Of a stretch of DNA of 64,000 nt, positions 13,001 through 26,469 are shown in pieces; within the stretch, counting starts at the first letter, position 1; each line of letters starts with the position of its first letter. The stretch lies in assembly GCF_024521635.1 (NCBI RefSeq), contig NW_026250403.1:1240001-1304000 (forward strand), given 5' to 3'. This DNA comes from Tricharina praecox (taxonomy: Eukaryota). The position numbers and the translations under genes are program-made. The notes below the pieces were generated by a model. It made no database searches, was not told the origin of the DNA, and saw only the letters and a program-made list of their open reading frames with translations.

Positions 13001-13687
13001 ATCAAGTCAGCCACGCACACTCGTCGCTTGCGTTATTCTGCTCGATGGGGCTGTTACAACACTGGGCATATGTACCTACAAATACTTCTTAAGCACTTGC
13101 TTGGTTACCAGCTAGAATACTAGGCATACCCTACGTCGGACAGGCCGTCTTATATCTATGTTATGGTACTCACCAGAGAGACTGCAGGCCGGCCAGGCCT
13201 TTTTTTTCTGCTCGCTCGGTCGTTGTCTAGGCACTCGCTCTCCCACTTTCGCACTTTGACACTTTCACGTGTGAATCTGGTGGTGAACGTGAAGGAGGCG
13301 GCGTATCCAATCCAGCTCAGCCCTGCTTTAGGTTCGGTCGAGCAGAGCAGAGCACGCAACGCAGACGTCTCGCAATCTCTTGCCCGCCGGAACTGAACGA
13401 GGAGGAGGCAGACCACTGGCTGGCCACCACCAACCCACCACTCACAAGCCAAACCCATAGAGATACCGGAATTCCTACAAATACCCCTCTGTGCCTGATC
13501 CCGTTCCGTTCCTCCCCTCCCCTCCCCTCCTCCTCATTCCTTCCACTTATCCTTCCTCCCCTCCCATTAAAAAAAAAAGCGTCGACCATCGTCCATCGTC
13601 CCTCCGTATACATTCTCCGTGTACATTGTACTGTATATTCACCCGTCCTCCGTGCTGCCGCTCTGCATATAGCCGTACCTACTACCG

Positions 13688-13759
13688 GTAAGCTCCTTCT
13701 CTCGACACAACCCAAAGTCGAAATAAACATGTGCTGACTTTATCCTTCCCGGCTCGTAG
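13688..13759 (+). other. Probable 5'-UTR intron of the CAP20/MPL1 gene
   Basis: GTAAGC donor at 13688, GCTGAC branch site at ~13733 and TAG acceptor at 13757-13759, 32 nt before the ATG at 13792. Confidence 0.7.
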
Positions 13760-13791
13760 ATTTCCCCCCACCATCCACACACCGTCTAGCA

Positions 13792-14418
13792 ATGGCACCG
13801 CACGCCGAACCGACCACCACCAGCACAGCCAACGGCACCACCGCGGGCGAACCCAAAGCACCCTCCTCGCCGACCCTCAAATCGATCGAGCACCTGAAAT
13901 CGTACCCGCTAGTAGCCGACGGCATCACGACCTTCTCGTCGCATCCGATCGGGCAGAAGACGATCGCGCTGTCGACCAGCGCGTACAGCCGGTTCATCGC
14001 GCCGCTGTCGCCGTACCTCTCGAAGGCGTACCCGTACGTCAACCGGGCCGACGAGCTCGCCGACTCCAGCCTCGAGAAGCTCGACTCGCGCTTCCCGATC
14101 GTCAAGGAGCCGACCGAGAGCCTGCGCTCCGTCGTCGTCGATGCCGTGGGCTACCCCAGGAAGGTCGTCGCCCAGGTGATTGTTCGCGGAAGCGACTTTG
14201 CGAAGGAGAAGCAGGAGTACGTGTTCAAGGTCTACGAGGATGAGTTCTCGAAAATGGGCGAGGAGGAGAAGAAGAGCGCCGGTTATATCCCCATGGCGAA
14301 GGCGGGTGTCACCACCGGGTTCGTGGTCAGTTCCGAGCTGATGGGTGCTATCGCTACGTACCTGGGAAGCAAGAAGGAGGCCGTCAAGGAAGAGGCGTCG
14401 ACAACGACGAAGAATTAG
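13792..14418 (+). CDS. CAP20: Perilipin-like lipid-droplet protein (CAP20/MPL1 family), 208 aa
   Basis: HLKSYPLVADGITTFSSHPIGQK...PYLSKAYPYVNRADELADSSLEKLDSRFPIVKEPT is the characteristic CAP20/MPL1 signature. Strong GC3 codon bias. Confidence 0.88.
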   Translation: MAPHAEPTTTSTANGTTAGEPKAPSSPTLKSIEHLKSYPLVADGITTFSSHPIGQKTIALSTSAYSRFIAPLSPYLSKAYPYVNRADELADSSLEKLDSRFPIVKEPTESLRSVVVDAVGYPRKVVAQVIVRGSDFAKEKQEYVFKVYEDEFSKMGEEEKKSAGYIPMAKAGVTTGFVVSSELMGAIATYLGSKKEAVKEEASTTTKN

Positions 14419-15275
14419 ACTGCTGGTCGGTCTGCGTTGTTCGTTTATTACTATTACTTCTGCTTCTCCTTCTTCCTTACCTTTGCTTTCGGTGTGAGGT
14501 ACACACTCCTTCTTGTAATGACTTTCATGAACTGCCTGCTTGCTTGTCTGCTTGCGTGCTTTGGGACCGGCTGCTTCTGACTTATGTACCTCTTTATGCT
14601 CGTCGTGGGGGAAAAGTACCGTACGAGTGTTGTTTCGTTCCAGTCTGTTTTTTCTTTTCTTCCTTTTTCTTTCGGCGTCTCCTCTTCTCTTCTCTCTTCT
14701 CTCTTCCCTCGCCCTCGCTTTGCGGGGAGGGAGAAGGTTTATAGCAAATATAGAGTCATATGTACATTTCTACAGTGCATCCCACAGTGCATCCCACGTA
14801 GATCTCCACACTGCAATGTGCATCCCACGCGCCTCGATCTCTCAATCCGGCGTTGCGATTGCGATCGCGGTTGCGATTATCGCGCCCAGCGAAACACACC
14901 GGTATCTATGTCATAGAGTACTCTATCTACATACCGTCGCAAGACAATCCTGCATGCGCATGTGCATGTAACTCCTCTCTTTCTCTCCCGAGTCTCGAAA
15001 CAGCCGGTGGGGGGAGGGGAAGTCGGGAAATCAGGCTTTTATTAGTGGTCATGGCGGAGATCATGGCGGTAATCATAGTGGTGATCATGGCGGAGATCAG
15101 CGGGATGGCTATTACGTTTTTGCTTTTTTGCGGCTGTAGTGGTGGGAGAGTGAGGGGGAGAGTGGTGGTCCGTGAGCTGTGGGCTGATGGACATTGTGGA
15201 ATTGGGCTTGTGGACTGTAGCCTGGTGGGCATTGGGCTGGTGGACTTATGGGGATCGGGTGTCTCCCAGCGGGAA

Positions 15276-15365
15276 CTTGGAAGGAGGGACCTTGGAAGGA
15301 GGGACCTTGGAAGGAGGGACCTTGGAAGGAGGGACCTTGGAAGGAGGGACCTTGGAAGGAGAGGC
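15276..15365 (+). repeat. 15-bp tandem repeat (CTTGGAAGGAGGGAC) x ~6
   Basis: Five perfect copies at 15276-15350 plus one degenerate copy. Confidence 0.95.
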
Positions 15366-15395
15366 CGAGTGAGTGGTTGTGCGCATCGCATTCAA

Positions 15396-15612
15396 TTGGC
15401 AACGGCAATAGCAACTGGCAGCGGCAACAGCAACAGAAATAGCAATGGCAATAACAACAGCAACTAGCAACTGGCAATTGGTAACTGGTAGCAGTAACAG
15501 TAACAGCAACTGGCAATAGCAGCAGTAACAGTAACAGCAGCTGGCAATAGCAGCAGTAACAGTAACAGCAACAGCAATTGGGAATAGCAACAGCAATAGC
15601 AATAGGCAACGG
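15396..15612 (+). repeat. Degenerate GCAAYA/GTAACA low-complexity array with an internal 31-bp higher-order unit
   Basis: The unit GCAGTAACAGTAACAGCA(A/G)CTGGCAATAGCA occurs at 15491-15521 and 15522-15552, with a partial copy at 15553-15572. Confidence 0.85.
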
Positions 15613-15928
15613 TAGTGGGAAAGCTCGCGCGTAATCGTCTAGTGGTTGGGTACCGCAGTAACAACCATAGCGGAGGGTTGCTGTTCCCCAAAACTGCCTG
15701 CTCTCATGTCTTCAGTGCCCGTCAAAGTTGGTGGTGGCTCCAACGGGGGGGAGGGAGAATGAGCGTGGGCTGGGTCATACAGGTAATCGTCTCTTGTTTG
15801 AATAGGTGGTTCGAGGGGTCACAGTTCATCGTGAAGCCGTTCACAACATGTCATTCGTGCCCGTTCTCGGAAGGGCACACCTATTGAGCACTCGCTTCTA
15901 GGATATCAAACGATCTATCACAATCCCC

Positions 15929-17171
15929 CTACTTCCTCACCTCCTTCAACACCTCCGCCAACCGTTCCAGCAGGGTAGTATTCTCCTCCGGTGTCCCGAC
16001 TGTCATCCTGAGGCACCCGTTGCAACCATACTCCTTCCCACGGAACCTCACGACCACGCCCCTCGTCTCCGCGAGCATCTCGTATGTCTTCAGCGCGACC
16101 TCATTACACGGCTTCCCCGCGGCATCCAGCATCTCAACGAGCAAGAAGTTCGCATCGAACCCGCCGCGGAACTTACCCACACCCTCGATCCCGGGGAGTT
16201 CCTTGATCAACCTCTCGCGCTCCTTCACAATAGCCGCGACCTTGACCCTCTGCACCTCCAGCCCCTCGGCACCCATCGCCGCGGTCGCCAGCGCACTCGT
16301 CGGACTCGAGATCGAGTACGGCGCCTTAAGCGAATTGAGGATCGTTGCGATCTCGGGGCTCGTGAACGCGACGCCGAGCCTGATACCCGCGAGGCCAAAC
16401 GCCTTCGAGAGGGTCTGCATAACCACAAGGTTCGGGAACTCGGTGACCCAAGGTGCGAGGGAGCTTCCCTGTGCCGCAAAGTCGACATAGGCCTCATCAA
16501 CAACAACCACTCCGTTCCATGTAGGATGATCCAGCACGCTCTTTACCGCCGCCGGCTCGATCAGCCGCCCCGTCGGGTTCCCCGGCGAGCACAGGTACAG
16601 CAGCTTTATCTCCCTGCCCGCGGGGGAGGCGAGGAGCTCGCAGATCCCCGCGGCGTCGGCGCCGAACTCCGGCACGACTAGGTTGTGCCGTACCACCGCC
16701 ACGTCGTTCACCTGCGCTGACACTGAATACATCCCGTACGTGGGCGGACACGTCAGGATCTTGTCGCGGCCGGGGACGCAGAAGGCGCGCAGCAGCGCGT
16801 CGATGCACTCGTCGGAGCCGACGCCGAGGAAGAGGTTTTCCGGGGTGAGCGGCGTTTGGGGGACGACCGGGAGCGGGGCGCCGACGTTGCGGTGGTTGCA
16901 GAATAGCTGCTTCAGCTCGTGCTGGTGCGGGTCTGGGTAGCGGTGCAGCGTGGCGTCGTAGGAGGATGCCGGCAGGCTGGGCCCGAAGGCATTCTCGTTC
17001 GCGTCCAGGAGGATGTTGGTGCCGTCGTCTTTGTAGTCACTGGGCGGAGGTCAATGCGAGGAATACCTATGGCGGGATGGGTTGGGCAGTGACTGACTCG
17101 CGAGCGCACCGGTACGGTATCAATTGCAGGATGTTGGGGCGCGCGCAGGTCTGGAGGTTGAAGCCTGTCAT
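15929..17171 (-). CDS. HIS5: Histidinol-phosphate aminotransferase, ~394 aa; exons 17171-17098, 17039-15929
   Basis: YRCARDDYKDDGTNILLDANENAFGP, RYPDP, GVGSDE, CSPGNPTG, VVDEAYVDF and PLP-lysine motif TLSKAFGLAGIRLG. Intron at 17097-17040. Confidence 0.97.
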
Positions 17172-17244
17172 CTTGGAGGTAGCCGGCTTGCGAATGGAGG
17201 AGAAACCGTGGAGGAGGAATGACCGATTTTTAAAGGTCTTGATG

Positions 17245-17251
17245 TGAGTCA
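17245..17251. promoter_or_regulatory. Gcn4/CpcA (cross-pathway control) response element upstream of HIS5
   Basis: Perfect TGAGTCA/TGACTCA about 75 bp upstream of the HIS5 ATG. Histidine biosynthetic genes are classical Gcn4/CpcA targets. Confidence 0.7.
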
Positions 17252-17616
17252 GGTTAACGGTGACACTTGTAAAAGGTCTGGACAACAAGGGACCTAATTA
17301 GCAAGGTGGGGCAGATCCAGAGCCTCATAGTGGGGCGGGCATCCCCGACGTCGCCGAGTCGCCGATGACTGGGCTACCATGATCACGTCGGTCCCAGGCA
17401 CAGAGAGCAATGCCACTAAGCACTCACGAACAAGCGCTCAACTCATTTCGTTCTCAGTCCCTCACGCATTTCCAATAATGTACATACAACACTCAGACAA
17501 TGCAATGAAAGGACAGTCAGTCACAGAGCCTCCTCGATGCAGCCCACGGAGATCAGACAGAAAACAAAAGCGCCGCTACTGGTCTATCAAAATAACAAGA
17601 CGGACACCGTATTCGC

Positions 17617-20600
17617 TCATTCGTATGCCGCCACCTCATCCATGATCTCTGCCACCATGTTGGACTCCAACCCTATTATTTTGGTCAGCAGGAGAAAAAA
17701 TCACCCACCAAGCCTGCCGTACCTTCGTGTGGCGACTTCCCGTCGTACGTCTGCCGTTTCCACCCATCCCCTTGCTTGATAAACTCCATTGTCGGGAACT
17801 ATCGAATGGTTAACTAGGAAAACCCGTCGGTAGCGGGACATCTTACATAGTGTTCATTCTTCTTGATAGAGATAACAAAGGGAACATTGTCGAAGGTCAT
17901 GACCTTCAGTCTGAAATAAGTATTGTCGGGAATCCTCGACACCTCGGCGAGGAAGCTGTCGAGATCCTGTGTCTTGACGCCGTTGACCGCCAAGATGAAG
18001 TTTGTCGGGACCAGCTGGTACTGATACGCCGGACTTCCCCTCGTTCGTGCAGAAACGTAGATCTCCGAGTGCATCTTGCTGATCTGCTGTCGGACTGCGT
18101 GGTGGGGGCGGTGCAGTACCGCTCCACAGAAGATGACCACACGATCCGTCTCCAGATCGTCCGTAGGGGCGGTGGGGACCCTCAAGTTCATCTCCTCGCA
18201 GCCTCGCACGATGACCACATCCAGCTCCTCCTTGTCGTACATAACGTCAAGGTCGGTGATTCGCGTCATGATTTTCCCGTTGATGCTGAGGATCAGATCA
18301 CCCTCTTGCAGCACCTGTGCACGGCCGCATTCGACTTTGCGGACCATGAACAACTGGTGGCGCTCGGGGTTGTCTTCCTCGACCTTTCGGATCCATTCCT
18401 CCGATGCACCCATGATACGGACCTGGCTCATGTGAACCAAGTGCAGTTCAACGTTCAGGTATCTCAGCTGGGGGATTATCCCTTGCTGGATCTGTCGAAT
18501 GATGGGTAGTACCGAAGGCGTTGCGAGACCCAGATGGTATTCCACATCCTTGCCGCCATGAGCTCGCTCGCCCAGGTATGTCAACCAGAGGGCCCGTACT
18601 GTTCCGTCCTCATCCGCAAGAACACCACTTCCACACTGGCTGCTCAAGTTCGTGTCCACAGTAATGGCGTCGATGTTGATTGCACGGTATCGAGGTGCTG
18701 TTGAGTTGGGGGGGACGGCAACCGTCGTGATGTCGGTGACCGAAGTCTTCGCCACAACAACCCGCAGATTCTGGTTGAATCCCAAGAAGATAGTTTCCGC
18801 TCCTGTGGCGGTTGTGAGCATGTGCGTGTGATTACAGACGTTAAGGACCAACCTTGTCTCATTGACTCTTCGCTGAGCCTGGCGGACTGCACAGGCGCCT
18901 GGACAAGCTTCGGGTCATACTGCACAACGGCGTAATTCTGCAGGGGATGCAGGAATAGTACTTTGCCTTCCACGATCACGGACTCGGCGATTGTGACGGA
19001 CACATCGCACAGATCATACGGCACGATAGCTCTCGACACGATCACCAACCCCTTCTCTGCATCGACGACAAGCCCGAAGCCAGACTTCATAGAATAGGTC
19101 AGCTGACGAACCAGTGAAGGATGGGGGGCAGTCCTACCTTGCGGGACTTCGGAAATCCGTCGAGCTTCAGTGGCATCGCACACGACACCCGAACGAAGCA
19201 ACGAATCAAGTCGGATACACATGGTTGGCTAACATGATCCAATCGAATGAACTGTGCTTTCTGGGGAAGCACTGGTTGTGGTGGTAGGGGATCGGCGATG
19301 TCTTCGTAGTCCCACAGACCGGTCGTGTCTAACGCGAAGATTAGCTTGCGTCCTGTGCTTTCTGTGCGGGAATCCCACCATTTCGAATAGCCATTCTCAT
19401 CTTACTGGTCCAATGGCGATCGATATGCAAGATCGATGTATGCATGGTGTGCAAATCCCTAAGATGCCGATATGTGACAACGATTCTTGCACGATCTACA
19501 CTCCCGGTGGATTAATTTATGCCATTTTACTAAGTTACATATAAGTGACTTACCTGGAATAGTCTTCATAACTTCGATAAACTCATTGAGTGAGGGCGTC
19601 TTTTGATTGTCTACAGACTGCGGAAAAAGTCAGAATTGTCTCCACTGTGCGCGGAAGAGACCTTACCTCGATTATCCAACCCGAGTCTGCGCCACCGTCG
19701 AATCTGAAAGATCCAGCGGGCTCGCAGACATACACACCCTTGACTGCAATCGCGTAAAGTCTAGCAGCCTGATAGGAGAGGTTGTGGAAAGCGGCGCCAC
19801 ACACGACCAGGAAACGATCTGGGGATATAGCATGCAGGTCGCCGACGGTAAGCTCCACCTCAATATCCTGTCCACCACGCGAGATCAAGAGTTTGACCGT
19901 CTGGCCGACAGAATCATCAAGAATCTCATCCAGGCGGACGAACTTGGTAAGTAGCTCGCCGTTGACCTTGAGCAAGATATCACCTTCCTCGATGTGTTCA
20001 TGTCCAGGACCTTCGGGCAAGACGGTCTCCGCAACAAGCATGCCGACCTCCTTGGGGAACCCCTTCCGTACAACATCCTCCCAAGCAGGCGTCAACCCCA
20101 ACCGACGACATTCGTCGAATGGCTTGGTCAGCCACTGCGTTTGGATGGTTCCTCGAGCCACAGGCTTTCCGGCCTGGATACACTGGAGAGCTCTCAAAGG
20201 CCGGTCGAGCGGCAAGAAGTAATCTGTTGCAGCTTCGGTGCTACCTCCCGCCTGCAACGCAACCGCGTAGCCGTCGATGTTGACTACAGGACTGCCCGAA
20301 CTACCACCGCTAGCAGACGCCGCAGCTTGTATGTAGTTGGTGTTGAAGTCGTTGTATCCCTCGCCGTAGTCCGGTGCATTTCGGTCCACCCGACTGATTA
20401 TACCTGATAGAATGCTGAGCTTCTCTCCGGCATCGTTACCGACGACGCGAATCTCCGTGCCAACTTTGGCAAGATCGGGTCGAAGCTGCAGCGCAGCAAC
20501 TGGCATGTACTTGATGTCCTTCGGGTTGAATCGTAGGATTCCGAAGTCGTGGATAGGGTCTCGGTAGACGGGATAGGCATCACACTGCGTAGAGAGAGAG

Positions 20601-21130
20601 AGTTAGTGGCGTTTCTTTCTCCACGGACAGCAGCAGCAGCAGCAGCACAACCAGCGACGAAGCAAGCAAAGAACAAGAACAAGTACCTCCTCGTGGTTAT
20701 CAAACACGCAGTATCCCCAGAAGGGACCCGACGAGACGACGTGTCGATTCGTCATGATGTATCCCTTCTCCGCGTCCACCACGAAACCCGTCGCCTCACT
20801 CGTGCAGGCCGAATCGGTGTCGAACGAACACGTCTGGCAGAACCGGATCGAGACGACGTTCCTCACGACCGACTCTATTGTCCGCTGCCACTCGGCAGAG
20901 TCTGCCAGCGCGGTGGCTGGCAGTAACCTCTCGGGCTCGATGCCCAGGGGCAAGGTGAGGGCGGACGCATCTGGGGATATCATGTCTACCTCCAGGTCAC
21001 TGTCGTCGTCCGAAAAGCTGTCCGTTTCGCGCATGTGTTTCGATGGTCGGTCCTTGAAGGCAGGGGATCCAGAATGTTTGCGTTTGCCCGCTGGAGTGCC
21101 TCTGCTAAAATGTTCTCTGTTCAATTCCAT
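17617..21130 (-). CDS. NMA111: Pro-apoptotic HtrA-like serine protease Nma111/Ynm3, ~1017 aa; exons 21130-20687, 20584-19667, 19617-19554, 19495-19379, 19328-19138, 19084-18853, 18802-17847, 17798-17723, 17672-17617
   Basis: Catalytic triad contexts [15 protein letters not shown] and [20 protein letters not shown]; second degenerate protease-PDZ repeat; C-terminal KKNEHYFPT. Eight introns restore one reading frame. Confidence 0.95.
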
Positions 21131-22201
21131 GCTCTGGTGGTAAATGGGGTTATGGGTTCGGCGCGAAGGGTCGAAAGAGTTCCTCACTTGCAGCGCGAGA
21201 GATCCCTGTAGTTAGTGAGGTTAGATGTATGTGGTTGGTGGAGCGGCTTGGCGCGTTGCTGTTGGTGTTGCCCCGTATTTATAGGGATTGTAGGGGTCGC
21301 TGTGATGGACATTAGAGGCTGGAATAGGCTCCGTTGGCTCGCCATATTGTATGTTCCAGCAGCCTGCTATGGTCACGCACAGGTACAGAGAGAAGATACG
21401 TTGATTTGGGAGTGAGTATCGCGAGATTGGTATTGTGAAGAGCTTCGTGCTGCCTTCACGAGATGGTACTCGATCTACATAGCGTAAGTACATAACACTT
21501 ATGCATGGTGCTCCATACAGCACCGATATTTACTTTGGGACATAGATACTTCTTGCCTGTGTAGAGCACGCAACCGCGAGTATGTACTGTACGCTACCCA
21601 CTCGTACGCAAGCGAAGAAGGTGCGCATGTACTGCAAGTACATAACCACGGATCCTCATCCCACCCCATAGGTAGACCGCGGTCTGCATGCTGGCTGAAT
21701 CCCACGCATACATACGGCCCGGCAAGCACCTGCAGCCGTATCCGCAGGCACTTTACGTGGCACATTCGAGTTCCCAGTAGCGGAAGAGACAACTATGCAG
21801 AATGGCATGTACGCAGAGTTGCAGACACCATCTTGCTATGGTTTGGGGGGAGCTCACCGCCAGCTCGAGCTCGCCATACCCACGTATATACAATCCAAGA
21901 GCCGCTCTCGCTCGACTCACAAACATATACCTGTACGGAGTAAGCACGAAGCTTTGGAGGCGTGGAATGGATTGCCTTCAGCAGTGAGTTGTGGGGATGG
22001 ACGGAATCTGTCATTCTTCAGGTGCGTCCCAGTATGCATCGGACGGTATCAGCGATATATTGCCGGGCCAGGATCTGAATAGCCGATTTGCGGGGTACGC
22101 GTACCGGCTGGTCGCTGACATATATGAACAGGGCTGGCGTTGGGCGTGTGCTGGTTAAAGTTACCGTGTCGGTATCACCGAACACTCTATATCGAGGCAG
22201 C

Positions 22202-23823
22202 ATGATTCGAAACGTCCTACGTACCGTGATCCCATTCACCCGTCATGCACCCCACCATGGCTGCAGGCGTTTCAGCACCATCATGGACACCTCCAGCTTC
22301 ACGGAGACTCAGCTCACCGTTCGTGAGGCGATCTCAAAGATTTGCTCCAAGTTTCCTGATGTATGCACATGCAAATGTTCCCCCCGATACTGTGTGAGGA
22401 ATACGGTTTGACTAGTGTAAAACCTTAGGATTACTGGGCGGAACGTGATGCAACAGAGCAGTATCCTCACGAACTCCATGCGGCGCTGGCGAAGGACGGC
22501 TGGATCGGAGTCTGCTTGCCTACCCGTCTGGGAGGTGCGGGCTTGGGCATCTCGGAAGCTACGATGATGCTCCAGACTATCTCGGAGTATGAAGCATCCG
22601 CATCTCCTCTCGAAGAAACACAACTGACTAGTCTCAGAAGCGGAGCAGGAATGGCCGGGGCTCAGTCTCTACATGCCAACATCTATGCTACTCAGGTATG
22701 ATACGTCACTCCACGATGGGATGATCATAAGTTCGCCGCCGTAATAAATGAGCAGCCAGTCAGTAAGTTCGCCACGGAAGAGCAAATGGAACAATGGCTG
22801 CCGCCACTGATCTCTGGTCAATCGCGAACCTGTTTCGGCGTGTGAGTGAGACTCATACGGAGCTGCTATATCAACGGGCGTGATTGACATGTCCCCACAG
22901 CACAGAGCCAAACGCTGGACTAGAAACCCTCAAACTCCAAACAAAGGCGGTTAAGAAGGGTGATTACTACGAAGTCACTGGGAGCAAAATGTCGGCCACC
23001 ACCGCCATATTCCATTTCCAGTCGCTGATCTGCTCCAAGCTGGATAACCAATGCCCAGATAGCTGATACCATGGTCCTTCTCGCGCGCACCGCCGAAGCC
23101 ACTTCTGTCCCCAAACCCATTCAAGCCCTCTCCCTCTTCTACATCCCCTTCGACCGGACACAGCCCGGTCTTGACCTCCGCAAAATCAAAAAGATGGGAG
23201 CGCGCTCCGTCGACGCCAACGAAGTCTTCCTCGACTCTTACCGGATCCCCGTGTCCTCGCTCATCGGCGCAGAAGGCTCCGGCTTCAAAATGGTCCTGCA
23301 CGGAATGAACGCCGAGCGCTGCCTCATCGCGGGGGAAGCACTCGGCCTTGGCTACGCGGCGCTTGAGCGCGCTACGAATTATGCGAGAGAGAGAGAGGTG
23401 TTTGGTAGACCCATCGGGAAGAATCAGGCCATTCAGCATGGTATTGCGGAGGCGTTCATGAACCTCGAGGCGGCAAAGCTGGCAACGTATCATGCGGCAA
23501 GACTATATGATGCCGTGGCTGCTGGGGAAGCAGATGTGGGCTTGACGGCGGTGGGTGCGGCTTGCAATTCGGCAAAGTATTTGGCCGCCGAGGCGGCGTA
23601 TAAGGCGTGTGAGAGAGCGGTGTGTACCCATACTCTTGCAGAATGAATGGTGACTAACTAATCCCTATAGGTTTTGACGCTTGGAGGAATGGGATATGCC
23701 CAGGAGTTCCATGTCGAGAGATATCTCAGAGAGAGTTGGGTGCCTAGGATCGCGCCGGTTTCGAGGGAGATGATCCTGAATTACATAGGAGAAAAGGTTC
23801 TCAGACTGCCCAAGAGCTACTAA
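22202..23823 (+). CDS. Acyl-CoA dehydrogenase with a predicted mitochondrial presequence, ~427 aa; exons 22202-22360, 22429-22586, 22638-22695, 22756-22841, 22901-22990, 23040-23619, 23671-23823
   Basis: CFGVTEPNAG, GSKIWITNAQ, GMNAER, REVFGRPIGKNQAIQH, LGGMGYAQEFHVERYLRE and RIAPVSREMILNYIGEKVLRLPKSY. The N-terminus is Arg-rich and lacks acidic residues. Confidence 0.93.
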
Positions 23824-24180
23824 AGATATCCATTGAAGAAAGCGGAGTATCTTGGAAGGTTGATATATAGCTTGGAATGGACATCAATGAAGCAACGATA
23901 GATCCTGATTAAACGTTGCCACGTTTATCCTCAAAGTCATCACAAACAAGATTTCGAACAGCAGATAAAATATCTACGAATCTGGAGAACATCGCTGCGA
24001 GATTCCAAGCGACTAGTTGTGAATAAGAAACGGCCACCCGCATTAGATCAGGCTTAAGGCTGTATGTGCATCACACTTGGCGCGGAGCCTCTGCCCCACT
24101 ACCCCGCCAAACCCAAACCCTTCCACATCTCACGAAAAAAAAGTTGAACCGAGTGACAAGACACAGAAACGACAATCGAA

Positions 24181-26025
<1,845 letters not shown>

Positions 26026-26469
26026 GGAAAAGAGGAGATTTGGAATTTCCTAGTGTCTGAACTGTAGAGCAGCTAGGACACAATGGTAAAAACGGGGTAT
26101 AAATGGGCATTTATACCTCATTTTGCATTTGACAGATCGAGTGATACTATGTGAACGCATAGCGCCGCGGTATATAAGCCAAGAGGATCTGATTGGCATT
26201 AGGTTCTTTACGGACTAGCGTTGTTTGGTGGACCCCCGATCCCGATCAAAACAAGTCTCCACATCGCGTACTCCCATCAACCTCCCTCCGCGACACCGAC
26301 CCTTACATCTCGACGACCCCGACGGCGAACAGAGGGAGAGATAATTCGACATCTCTCTCATTGTACTAATAATCCACCACTCAGAGGAGACACCTTACCC
26401 CGACAAGGACGGTCCAGCATTGAACGGCCGTTGCTACGGTTTCCGACGTGTTTGTTTTGATTTCCAACC

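Noticed and set aside
9523..13064. CAGTGTTG (9523) and CAACACTG (13057-13064) as ends of a 3.5-kb hAT element
   Set aside because: There are only 8 bp of inverted match, the flanking 8-mers differ (no TSD), and no transposase remnant is recognisable.
14853..15609. Several 118-204-aa ORFs with repeats (PRSLL, SFQGP, RRDLG)
   Set aside because: They arise because the 15-bp and hexamer repeats lack stops in most frames; there is no independent sign of coding.
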